Shown here: positions 1-12,500 of the stretch, in pieces
Layout: each line of letters begins with the position of its first letter
How positions within the stretch are numbered: the stretch's first letter is position 1
NCBI RefSeq assembly: GCF_001949145.1
Contig: NW_019091356.1
Location: 3,950,934 to 4,014,933 of the forward strand
Direction of reading: 5' to 3'
Source of the DNA: Acanthaster planci
Lineage: Eukaryota
Length of the DNA: 64,000 nt
Program-made: the position numbers and the translations under genes
Notes under the pieces: generated by a model
Seen by the model: the letters and a program-made list of their open reading frames with translations, nothing else
What the model was told of the DNA's origin: nothing
Databases searched by the model: none

Positions 1-126
1 AAATCATTTGACTGAAAAACCTCTATACGTCATTCAAGGAGTGTATGATTTCAAACGGCACAGTGAGAAGTACAGAGTTTGGGCGGTGCAGGGAGTAAAC
101 ACTAGTTTTTTATCTCCCAACAAAAG

Positions 127-972
127 GCTGCCATGGATGAATCCTTCTACCTTTCCAACATCGTCCCCCAGGACGTCAACAATAACGGGAACTTCTGGCA
201 CCGTATTGAGATCTACTGCCGCAGCCTAGCAAAGAGGTACAAGGATGTATGGGTCATAACAGGCCCCCTGGCGTTACCCACCTTAGAGGAAGGAGGCAAG
301 AAATATGTCAAGTATGAGGTGAGGGAGGATTGGAGTTAGGCAGATTGGAGTGGGGCAAATGAAATGACAGATTCCAAAAAAAAGAAAGAAATTGCATATT
401 CATATATTCAAAATATTTCATGAATAATTGTATGATTTGATGTTTCCTTCATTTCACCACCTCTTCACTGTGTTATTTCTCAGGTCATTGGAAAGAACAA
501 TGTTGCCGTGCCAACGCATCTGTACAAGCTCATCACTGTCGTTCTCCCTCCAGTGGACGGCAACAAAAGTGACACTTCCAGCACTAATGAGACTGTTGCC
601 GTTGGTGCTTTTGTTGTGCCCAATGAACCCATCCCAGTTGAACGTCACCTTAAGGACTTCCAAGTTTCCCTGGAGAACCTCACGGAAAGTGCCGGGCTGC
701 ACTTTCTCTCCAACCTCCAGCCGAGCGTCACGGTCCGGAACCTCTGCGATGTAGACTCGTGTAAGCTGATAACACAGCAACAGCTGCAGCTGCACATCAT
801 CGGTAGACGTCTGGAGGGTGCAACAACGTTACCAAAGCTGGAGGACAGCTGGAGACAACTTGAGGAGTGGCACCTGGAACCGGATGACAATCTCTGGCAG
901 TTGTATCAAAGAAGGAGGGTGGAACTGGAGGAAACGTCAAAACAGAAACCTAACCGGACCGACTCGATTTGA
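127..972 (+). CDS. EXOG: Mitochondrial nuclease EXOG (endonuclease G-like), last two coding exons; 5' part lies outside the window
   Basis: Exons 127-318 (aag|GCT...GAG|gtgagg) and 484-972 (cag|GTC...TGA) join in frame: AAMDESFYLSNIVPQDVNNNGNFWHRIEIYCR...VIGKNNVAVPTHLYK...GAFVVPNEPI...RNLCDVDSCKL...LEPDD. This matches the EndoG/EXOG nuclease core plus the EXOG-type C-terminal extension. Confidence 0.93.
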
Positions 973-1116
973 GATCAAGAGCTGGAGACAACTTGAGGAG
1001 TGGCACCTGGAACCGGATGACAATCTCTGGCAGTTGTATCAAAGAAGGAGGGTGGAACTGGAGGAAACGTCAAAACAGAAACCTAACCGGACCGACTCGA
1101 TTTGAGATCAAGAGCT
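847..1116 (+). repeat. Perfect 133-bp tandem duplication of the EXOG 3' coding end and stop codon
   Basis: 847-979 is repeated at 980-1112; AGCT occurs at 847, 980 and 1113. Confidence 0.95.
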
Positions 1117-1349
1117 TGCACAACTCCCCTCCCTTTGTTTATGATCTTCAATGCACTGGAAACAAACTTAAAACAGTGAAACCCAAACAGAACTTTGGTT
1201 GGGGTGGTGTTTTGCATGTGGGAAACCGACCAATTACTGTCGACATATTTATTCTGGTTGTAGATATTATTTTATTCTGGTATTTCACCAACAAACTCAG
1301 TATTCCGTTTCTGATTAAGAACTTTACTTAAAAAGACTGTCCTTTAAAG

Positions 1350-1548
1350 AAAGAGTTCCATACACGGACAACACCTGAGGCCCTGTTCACAAACCTAATA
1401 GGACTTATCTTAAAAATCTGAGTGTTTTCTAAGTAAATGCTTTGGAATTTTCTGAGCTAAATTCCACTTTTTAGGACATGTTATCACTTTCTGACGGGTG
1501 TTTTAACATTTTAAAGGGAAACTTTGTTGTCCGCATATGGAACTCTTT
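1350..1548. mobile_element. MITE, family A (copy 1)
   Basis: Imperfect terminal inverted repeats aaagagttccatacacggacaaca / tgttgtccgcatatggaactcttt; colinear diverged copy at 36289-36478. Confidence 0.7.
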
Positions 1549-3278
1549 CCGATTTGAAACCTTAAAAACGAGAGGGTTAAAGGCGAAACAATGTGTTGCA
1601 CTTTTGACGATTTTTACCAGCTGGCTGCCAACTTACATTGACGAGTGACGATTGGGGAGGGGCACATGCCCCCAGCCCCCCCGGCTACGCCACTGCAAAT
1701 AACGATTAGAATCTTTGGTTCATGGCTGTTGGCCATCTTCCAGCGCTATGCCATAATAAATAAAGGCACCATCTTCATTTGATAGTTGCTTGCATGGTTG
1801 CCCAATGCCAGTAAAAGGACGGAGCCCCGTGAATACTTGTCAGAAAAGCTTTTAGAGACGATAGCACAGCCAGCTTGTCGCTGAGTTCAGCCGCTGCTAA
1901 CAAAAAGCCAAAATCTTGATGGCATTTGAATTGCATAAATTATTCCTCCCTGCAAATGCACTCCATGTAATTACGTCGAGAAATATACGTGGGGTGAAGA
2001 ATAGCCTCCATTCTTGTGGCCGTTTTTGAAAAACTTCAGGCTTTAAAAAAAAATAAACCACATACCCTTGTATTTGTGTGCATAAATTGTAGAATTAGAA
2101 ACAGTGTAGAGAAAGACATAATTGGCACTATTCTAGACATTGAAAATAAAACATGCAAATAAATTGGAAAGATAAACAGTTTCCTTTTTGACAATTTATT
2201 TCGTTATTAAAAAAAATCACAGCAAAAGGAGTGGAAAAAGTTTGATTTGAGGAAAAACTTTCCTTCATTGAATTGTATATCGAGGTACCACTGCGAAAAA
2301 AATGTCAGATTAACGCTTGTTTAATGCAGACATGACTTAATATTCTGTCTTTGTAAGTGTTCATTGGATTTTTTCCTGGGTAAAGCCGCCGAAACATAAT
2401 ATCTAAACTAATGGATGTAATATTATTGATGTAAGTGTACATTGATTTTGTCTCAAGATTCGAACTTCTCTTAAAACAAACGGTTTCTATTTTAAAACAA
2501 TTATCGAAAGTAAGCAGCAAAATATTTTTCTTTTCTTTTTTTATCACAATAAAAGTCTATACGGTACAAATGTCAATAATGCATGTTTTTATTTATAAAA
2601 ACGTTCGTCAGAAATCAGGATTTAGTCAGCTACATTTTATAGGTAGCTGCACAAGGCCTAAATGCATTTTGGTAAGTTGAATAGGGAAATCTGTGTACAG
2701 TGTTTAAAAACAGTATTCAGTGACGAGAATTTAATTAAAGAAACTACTCTTCTCAAAGAATTTATAGTCGATGAAAGTGGTTCATGTACAACATGATGTC
2801 AGGCTTCAACGAATTCACTTTCCGGGGCAGAAAGTTAGCGCAAATGAGCCTAGAGCCAGAGATCCGTAGAGATATCAGAAAATTTGTCCACAAGAAAGTC
2901 TTGTAACGAAGTAAAGGTAGACAGTGTTGTCCCCGGATTTGCTGGGTCTTGTTTCTTGAGCTAAGCCTCCTGTCCCCGTAGCTTGGGATTACATTTTAGC
3001 CATCATTTAGTTGCTACGCTCAGCCCCTCCAAGGCTATGAATCACCCAAGATTCCCGTCGCAACGTTCGGTATCTTAGACTCCTTCACCATAAGTGAAAA
3101 AAAAGGCAGTCGAGAAAAGTGCAAAGTTTCAATTGATATTTACATGGCAACAGGAGATCCGGAGCGATATTAAAATCTCGAAAGTTAGAAGGTGACATTT
3201 CCATTTAGCTGTCGCGGAGTCTTCCGCGCCGTTTTCAAAGAGAGTTCACTGTTTTAATTGTTGAATAAAAGATGGCGT

Positions 3279-4883
3279 CTATTCGCGTGCAATCGAAGCA
3301 CTAGCGGGCCCCTCCCATTCCTGCAAAGGAAGAAAGAGTAAAAAGGGGAAAATCATCAATACATCGTGACATGTACTTGTACAACATGCACCACGCATGG
3401 GCCCATTCAGAATAGGCTTTGCACGCTCAGTGGATGAAGGGCGATGCTGCGGTAAGATGGAACAGTATGAGCGGAAAAGCGTTGCTAACCTGGCGTGATT
3501 TGCCAAAATGTTCACAATGTACGAGTGCAAGAATGCCAATATTCCTTGCATTTTATGAACGGATGCCCTCTCGACCGATTGATTGAATCACTTGTCATGG
3601 CGGGGCACGAAGTCCTCTCCAAACTTAATCTGCGATCATCGGCTTACCTGAGCCTCCTGGACAAGTGCACACAACGTGCAGAAGAGAATCATGAGCAGAT
3701 CGTTTGTGTAGGTTCCCTGGAGAAAAAAAAAAGGAAAAGGAAAAATGATTTCAGAGCTAACAGAATACACTTGATTCCAAGCAACTTCTGAATTTCGTGT
3801 TTGTGGGCATGTTCGTTTGAGGAATACATGTACCAGTACATGGTTAAATTGGAAGGAGCAACATTGTACTGAGTGAGAAAAAATGGCAGAGTTTTATTAT
3901 AAATTCTTATAAGGCACCAAATAAAGTCTGCTGATACAAAATGGACATTACGATACGAAGATCGAATATACAGCGGGAAGGGGAAAATTACTGGTTTACT
4001 CAAGTACAGATGTACCAAGACAAAGTACAGATCGATATGTTTGGTTTCGTTGTTATTGACCACCCTTGGAAAAACAAGTTGGGAAAAGAACCAAGGAGAT
4101 GTTGTGTTCAGTGAAAAGAGCTGTTATGTAATCGTTCCCCCAACCGCTCAATATTCAAATTAGATTTTTAGACCCAACGACAACTGTTGACTTTCGACAA
4201 GACTGCTTGAGGCTATACTTTCTACACGGGAGGGGTACCGTTTACAAAAGACATAGTGACGGAAAAATACACGAAGAAATCGGTCTGAGCAAAACACTTT
4301 GTACAAGGAATGAAGTAAGACATACGGTTCAGGGTAATCGGCTGTATGGCCAAGTTATGGAGTAGCTGTTTGGCCAATTGGAACGCGGGAAATCGTTGTC
4401 AGGCGTGACAGTGTTTGGTAAACTTGATCGCATGAACGTTGAAGCTAATTGCAAATGGAACCTTATTTTTAGGAGAGTTTCAATCGCTGTCTTCAAATGA
4501 AAGTTCGGTTTAATACATCTGTATTAAGGAGTCTTTTACGTCTCAGTTATTTGAAGGGACGTTGGTTTGGTTTCACGTCTGTCCGGTCTTGGGAAAAAGA
4601 CAAACATTAATGTGTAACAAGAAGTAAATTCTTATGAGGGAAGTCAGAAATGTAAGAGAGATGAACTTACGTCGATCCCTTTTGCCGCTCTTGTCTGTCC
4701 GCGGATTTTAGTCATGGACCAGAGTCCGACACAGCCCAGAACAGAGAACAGACCGTACAGCAAACAGTCCTCTCCGTTTTTCTCGGCGTTCTTGCCGGCG
4801 ACGTAACACGGCGCCACGTATGTGATCAGGCATAACCCGATGTTGCTGAAGCAGCCGAAGAGACCGTTGGACCATTCACCCAT
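3279..4883 (-). CDS. PLAC8 / cornifelin-family cysteine-rich protein, 107 aa, 3 coding exons
   Basis: Exons 4883-4671, 3716-3648 and 3320-3279, all GT-AG and phase 0: MGEWSNGLFGCFSNIGLCLITYVAPCYVAGKNAE...KIRGQTRAAKGID|GTYTNDLLMILFCTLCALVQEAQ|EWEGPASASIARE*. The WSxGLxxC start and CxxCALxQE end are PLAC8-family hallmarks. Confidence 0.9.
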
Positions 4884-7800
4884 CTTTGGACGATATTTTG
4901 ATCACAACCCGGGAGTGATAATATTTCTTCCACAGAGAAGCTGTGCGCGAGTGATGTTGCTTTACGGCGGACCTGTTGAAAACAGCGCGCGTTTCTAACT
5001 CCAACTGAACTGAGCGCGGTCGGTGTTGCTTGGTTTGCGTACCTGCACGCACAGGCCCGGTGACTGAGGCGCACACCTTCAATGAGCGTAGCCATAGCGA
5101 CGTCCTTTTGGTGTACGCGTTGCCGTTGGTCGCGCTGCTTGGTAATCGAGTCTTGTTGTGGTGATACTTCGCAACAGTTTTGCTGATTGGTCTTGCAGCT
5201 TTTGTTATAAATGCAGGGAAAATAATCGCTTGGGTGAGAGTGAATGGAGTATAGAGTACATTTGAAAGGTCTGCATGAACCCAGGCACGGTCATCGCATA
5301 CACGCATATATATTTTTAGAACAGTTGATTGGTAACTAGTTTTAAATTGTGACATTGTGTATTGTTCATTGCAGGAAAATTTTAGATGGGAGGGATGTGC
5401 AACTCTTTAATTGACGGAAAATTATTGTAGCAGATTCGTAGCATTAAAATTTGGATGAATGTTCTTGTCATAATGCCCTACTTATTCATATTTTGTTGAA
5501 AAGACGTTTGCATCTGCATTTTATTATGCCTTTCATGCAAATTAGTTCTCAAACCGGTCAGTTCTGTGCAACTACCGAAAGTTTCGTGAAAAAAAAAACA
5601 CGCACAATGACAGTGACTGTTCATGTTTGGGACTGAAATAAAACTTCACCAACACATTTTGGTGCGGTGACTGGCTCGGGTAAAGGACGCAGGAATTGAG
5701 AGCAAACTTTCACAAGAATGTCTCAAGCATTTGTGAATTATGTCCAGGGCTTTGTGTAGCGTTTGCATACATCTCTAGTCGATGTCACCTGATCGGTCGA
5801 GTCTCATCATCAGTTCGTAAAACACCCTTTGAGTAACGCAGATATTTACTGGACAAAGAACTGTTTTATCTTTCGGTTTACCAGCTAAAAGGTCGTGTGG
5901 TTATTGTGCTTCTCACGGGTACTCCTTGTAATTCATCCGATTTGAAAAGCAGTATAACTCCCAATCCTTCTGTAACTATTATCGGTGATGCTTTTCTCTT
6001 TCTTGTACCACTTTGTATGCATCTCAGTCCTGCCCGGATGTCTCCACTAGTTGGGTCAACGCAGTGCAAACTTTACTTGATACGTGACCTACACACGAAA
6101 TTAAATTAACCGTGCAATTTCTACTTGAGTTTCCAAACTAACTTCTCATTGCGATATTGCCTGTTACTATTCCATTACTCTCCAGCCCGTATCAAGCTAA
6201 ATTCATGTACATGTACATTCCTGATATACATCCATCGTTCCCCCTGTAAAGAGTCTTATTGGCTGGTGTCATTTACGGTGAGAGAACTAGAATGGAGGCT
6301 TTTTTCAGGGAGGCCATACCACGAAAACTTGGTTATAGATCCTGGATACCTTCGGTTTACAAAACCAAACGTGTCTCCCTGATCTTCTAGCGTAAAACAG
6401 ACACATGATGGATGGCAAAGCGCCCACACAGTGTATTTTAACTGTGGGAATATATCACACAATAGGAGGATTTAGAAATGGGTGAAAGGCCATTTACCAC
6501 ACATAGAGCGCAATTGATGGGCGTTGAAATAGAGTTGGTGTGCTTGGAGATGTCAGAAAAAATTGCCCTGCCTGGTTGAAGAGACAGAAATGTGATTTCT
6601 GGCCAAGTGCAATTTTAGATGTCTAAACAGATGGGGAAATATTGTGAAGCTTGCACGACTTGAGAAGTTTGCCCCTTTGTCATGGAGTTCAGTGATCGAT
6701 TCGTATACATACACATCGTATAAAACATAGGGCAAGTTATCATGGCACACGGCCAGCGGCCTTGACACTTTTTATTTCACTCTATTCAAGCTTTGCGAAT
6801 GGGCATCGCCAGGATTTCTGGGGGCGGCAACGTCTTTTTCGGGGGATTGGTTGGGGAGGGGGACTACGCAGTTGTCAGCTACGGTGCAGTTTACAGTTGG
6901 AGTGGCCAATTTTGATTTTGTTTTTTATGAAATGTGAACCTGAAATAACTCAAGGAATAAGGTGTAGAAGAGCTGACACAAATGCTTTTCTAGAAAAAAA
7001 CCTTGTTTCTGCAGGAAAGGATAAGATTGTCTCATCACTAACATGAATAGCAACTTTTGTTACTGAACCGAACAATCAAAGCACTTTTATTGTTTCATTG
7101 TTCACTGACTCTTGTCCATGTGTCATCTCAGTAAATTTCCCTAACAAAGCACAGAGCTTTTACACTTGTTTTTAAAATCCTAGGTCATAGACCTCTCGGG
7201 CGCCGCAAACCAGGCAGGCTCCTGTCGATGTGGCAGACACGAGAAAATTACAAGATCGACGAGTCATCAAATCAGGTGAGAAAAATAAAAAAAGGGCACC
7301 TCGATTTCCTGTAGAAGAGTTATCCGGGGTGTATATTGTAAAGGAGGCAGGCAGATTCATCATCGGTTGTGAATTTGTCTTAGCTAGGGGCGGAGCCTTG
7401 GTGGCCGGGAGGGGGAGAAATACACCGATCAAAATGGATGGAGATCAAAATGCTATAAAAGGATTAGTTGATTTTTGTTTAAATTTAATTTTCCTATGAA
7501 CTTCGGAATCACACACGCAGAAAGCAGCATGTTAATTACAGTTTTAGCCTCTTTAATTATATTGTCGTCTACACAGTACAAAAATCTATAAAATACGAAA
7601 TGGCAAGTTTTAAATGATCAATTAAAGCTATTTAAACTACTGTAGAATTGTAAAGGATTAGAAATTAAGCATGTGTATTGATAAATATGTACTTATCCAA
7701 GTATAAGTTAAAACTCAGCACTAGAAAGTGAATGATACAACAAAATAATCGCCTATCTCAATTTTTGTCTTTTTCGCTTTGCAACTGAAAGCCGCATCTC

Positions 7801-8744
7801 TTCATCAACGACGACTACTATGCAAATATTTCAATCCAGCTCATCAATTACCATCACGCTTCCTCCATGAGGGTATCTCGTCGCCTTTGTTCGTTTCACA
7901 CACAAAGTCCACCACTAAAACACGACATTAACCCTCTGTGCAGAACACAAATTATGAATCAATGAAATAGACCCTTTTTAGTCACGTGACTGTAACCGGC
8001 TGTCTTTTGGGCATTTACGATTTTGCAGACACATCACTGGCTCATGAAACACTTATCCATTTTTCTGGAAAATCCCTGCATATCACACAAGGCAGCTAAT
8101 TTCACATAATCAGCCTTTAAACACAAGATCAGAAAGAAAGACAAAAACAGACACTCAGATCAAAGAAACGATAAAACAACCTGCACACACGAGCACATTA
8201 AACTCTCGTCGTTAGAAAGTCCCAACTTTTAAAAGTTTAAAAGCAAGTTTGGCATTTTAATGTCAATTATTTACATCGACACATCGATTCCGTGCCTAGA
8301 ACTATAGACTATCTTATTCAGCCTTGTGATTCTGACGACATACCGTAGCCGGAAACGACGGAGTGGGTTTAGAAGAGACGTTAAAATCTTCTCCATTTCG
8401 CAATTTATGTATGCGTATCCTCGTTGCCATGTGCCAAAATTTGACCGCCAAGGAGTACGACGAAGGCAATGTTCCCATTCCCTGCCCGCCCGCCCCCAAG
8501 GTTCACAAGGAGACTGCACTCCTCGAACTACCAGAGAGTGCAAGATGGTGCATCGCTCACAATGATCACGGCACGTGGCCACATTTAATTCCGGATAATC
8601 CGTCTGAAAATACTGACGTCATTATTAGGTGTTCGGTGTAAGAAATTATCATACATCTGCGTTTATCTACACTTGAATTTCATATTCAAAATATATAGCA
8701 TTCAGCACTTTGGTCGACTCTGTCTAAAGCTATTTACAATCACA

Positions 8745-8931
8745 TGGTGCGTTCGCACGGTTACTCCTGTCAACACAAGTAAGATGCGTGCGCATTACAC
8801 GTGGGTGCATGAGTGCAAACTCCCTCTCTAACGAAAGAATATACTCTTGCTGACCTGCAGGTCATACTCCAGCCGTTCGAGCGCTCGTGAGTATACTCCT
8901 GTTAACACGAGTAGCTCGCTCGAACGCACCA
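8745..8931. mobile_element. Small MITE in the probable integrin beta 3' UTR region
   Basis: 11-bp perfect TIR tggtgcgttcg / cgaacgcacca with an internal repeat tactcctgt(c/t)aacac. Confidence 0.55.
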
Positions 8932-9588
8932 CGGCGTCCCCTGCTAATATCACAGTTCTGGCAATTACAAGAACTGATTAATCGAGTTATTTAGTCGGCC
9001 GCCTCTCTCCAATCCACTCCAATTATCAGTTATTTTTTTTGTGCACAGCGTTCTTGCTCGGCTTGACAGAGGGCGTCATAACTTAAAAGATGCAATAGCA
9101 TCTGGAAACAAATACAGCCCAGATCATAGGATTACGTTTACAATGCCTACTGATCGCACGATACATACTACTGCTAAACAAAAGAGGGCGGTATTGATTT
9201 AAGAACAACATAAATTGTCATCGAGGTATAGAACACAAGCAAAGGACAAACTGCAGTTTCAAAGTACTGTACGAATGAATTTCGAAAACCAGAGGCAAAA
9301 ACACTTACTTTAATTTATTGAATAAAATAGTTGTTGGATATTTAGATATCAGTATTACTCGCGCTGTGTCACATGACTTTAATGGATGACCTCACATTGG
9401 AAAACGCGCACTAGTTGACAAACTTTGCGTTTTCTCAGGTAGGAAAAGCAGACCCACCAATGAGAGACTTAAAGATGCATTCAGATTGCTTCATCTTACT
9501 TGGACACCAAAGGCTTCTAAATAAGCTGAAGTCGAACTCGAGACGAAGCCGATGAGTTTGGAAATGACCATCTCTCCCTTGACTGGTG

Positions 9589-12500
9589 CTACTTTCCGTA
9601 GGTTGGGTTGATGAAGGTCGACGTTGCTTGTTTGTAGATGGGATTTTGCGCCTGAAGAAAACGAAATGAAAAGAATACAGATAGTCCGAGGGGACAGATG
9701 CAAACCAAGGAAGCCGTTTGCTTAGACGGATATGTTTATCTTATTTCTAGGAAAGCCTCTAAATTCAGCCACGGGCTTTTTCTCTCCTTACCTGCTCCCA
9801 GACGGCGTTTTTTTGCTCCTTCTGGAAGCGATCGTACTCCCTTTTGTCCCGCACGACATTGACGGCTTTGAGAAGAGCCAAGAGAAGAATGCCGATCAAG
9901 ACAATGACAGCTACGGTACTGACGACGAAGATTAAAATCTCGCTTCCGGAAGCATCTTTCTCTATGATAGGACCTTTGCCATCTGTGCCGCTGCCACCAC
10001 CGTCACCTCCGGTACACTCTGGCAATGGAAAAAAAAACGAGGGTACAAAACCATTTCTGAACTATTTCCTACAATGCGTTCATTATAAACATGTTGGAAT
10101 CAAAAGCGAATAAAGAATATACAGGCTATCCGAAGACCTAAACTGTGAGTAATAGCCTACGAAGTGAAAATGCAAAAACTTGTACAATTGTGCGACAGAA
10201 AGTTTTTCTCGTCAGATTGTTACCTTTGGGTTCTTCGAAGTGGACAAGTATGGTGCCGTTGTTGAGAGTCTCGTACACGAAGCTGTACGTCAAAGAACAG
10301 TTGTTGCTCCCTTCGGGCACAGGAAACACACACGGACTGGACCCGTTTACTGTAGGAGTAGGGACAACACTTTGTTAACACAAACGAGCTCTTCTCTCCA
10401 TACACCCATAAATATGCCAAATCCTGAACGAGGAACCACGACCTACCCGTTGGTAATTCTTTCTCGATCACCACAGCCACATTACACTTGCTGCATTCCG
10501 CGGGAGAGATGTCCACGCCGTAGACCTGGCACTCAACACAGGGTCGGTAGGACGAGCACTTCCCGATACACGTCTGTAGAAACGATACATACAATACTTC
10601 AGTTTCCGTAATCGAGTCTGCATACACTCTCCACCGTCAGTCAACCAGAGAGATGTGTTTCGGAAATGTTGGATAGAATTATCTGCACGAGGGCTGCTCG
10701 AGTTGCTTTCATTTTGAAACATAGAAGCTAATGTATGTAACTGAGTAGAAGTAGTTTCCTGTGTTTTGACAATCGGCGTTCTTATGTTCGAAAATGAACG
10801 GTGACACTTCATGATGAGACCACCAACACTTAAGATGAGAGAAGACAGACGGGCCCACCCACCTTACACACTTCACACGTATCTCCTTGGAAGGGCGAGT
10901 CACATGTACATTCGTTGCAATTGCAACGTCCTCTCCCGTTGCAAATAAGCTGGAAAAAAAACAACAGGAGGATCGTAGGCACGAAACCGAGTTGGTTAGG
11001 AACAAGACTGGGGCAACTGGAACTCTCATCGAGAAGTCACCTCCATGAATAACTATGGTAACTGAGTAGAAACTTCAAGAAGTTTTACATCCCTGAAGAA
11101 CATTTCCAGGTTGGGAACCAAATCCAGGCATATTAAATGACAAAAGATACCAAAAGATGGTAAATATTGCAGTCATAGATCAACTCCAATTTTTGAAAAA
11201 AAAAACCCTAAACATGGACTGATCCAAGCCATGTCTTTAGAATTCAGTCATGCAAGAAGCCAACTACACAACTGGGCCAACAGTCACCAGTCAATCAGGA
11301 AATAGGTAAGTTGAAGTACTGGTCAATCAGTGCACTAGTCATTCAGAGTACCAGTCTACAGGGCACCAATCAACCCCATCAACCAATCAACGAAACCATC
11401 AACAAAGTTAGGGTATATTTTGTCGAACGCACTGTCTTGCCAATGAAATACTCACCCCATTGGACGCCAGACAGGCAGTTGTGGACGTGGAGCAGCCGCA
11501 AGCGTTACCAACGTAGCCTGGTCGACACTTGCAGGCACTGCGACGCCTCTTTTCATCGCATACGCACTCACCTCGATCTAGTCCTGTAAAAATTGGCGGG
11601 AAATATCAGATGATGAAGACCTACATAATTACAAACACACTGTGCGGGGACCCGTACGTGAAATATGCTAAAGGATGCTTGTGGTAATCTTTGGTAAATA
11701 ATACTTCACCTTGTGTCGCAAAGCTTACTTACCTCCACATAATTCTGAATTGTGTCTTTCGCATGAAAAATTGTCGCATTCGCAGTGCCGCCCTGAAATG
11801 ATTTCGTTTGCATTCTGCAAAGAGGAGATATGATAACAGTAACTTGAGTAAGAAATGAACTGAATCCTGTCATTGTGCTCCTATAGCTGGTGAGGGCGTA
11901 CCATACCAGCTCATATACAGCTGCAAGCTGATGGATTCATAAGAACGAACGATGAAACAGAGCGACAGTCGTTGAAATGGATTGCTATAAAACTTACTTG
12001 CCGCTCAAAACAGACACATTCTCCACATATGCACTCCCCTCGGCCCGAGCAGACGACCGAGGAGGTCGCATTGGCGTTCCTGCGAAGAACCAAACGAATG
12101 TTCTGAGATAAGAAACAGCCGAAACTGCGACCATGTTTCATATCGCTGAGGCGGTTGTACATAATTATAAAGAACCCATTAAAGCGAAGATATAGCCTTA
12201 CGCTCTGCACGAGGCGGTGTTTTCGTTCTTATCTCTGAAGAACGTTCCCGCGTCCTCCATGCCACTACACTCGCACAACTTGCCGTAGCGGCCGGCATTG
12301 CACGCGCACTGGCCACACGAAAGCGTCCCATTACCGTTGGTACAGTACTCGCTGTTGGGTATCTGTAGACAAGGTAGACAGTTTGAGCTTTGAGTTGTCA
12401 GTGATTGGAATTCTACAGACAAACTGCATTATATAAAATCGACTGTGGAAGTTGAAACCGTACTGGGTTCCTGTCTGTTACTTTGCTTACCCCAAATGCC

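Noticed and set aside
9500..9591. Stop-codon readthrough of the integrin beta tail (TAG CAC)
   Set aside because: The context does not match CARYYA or CTAG readthrough motifs, and the tail already ends normally after the second NPxY.
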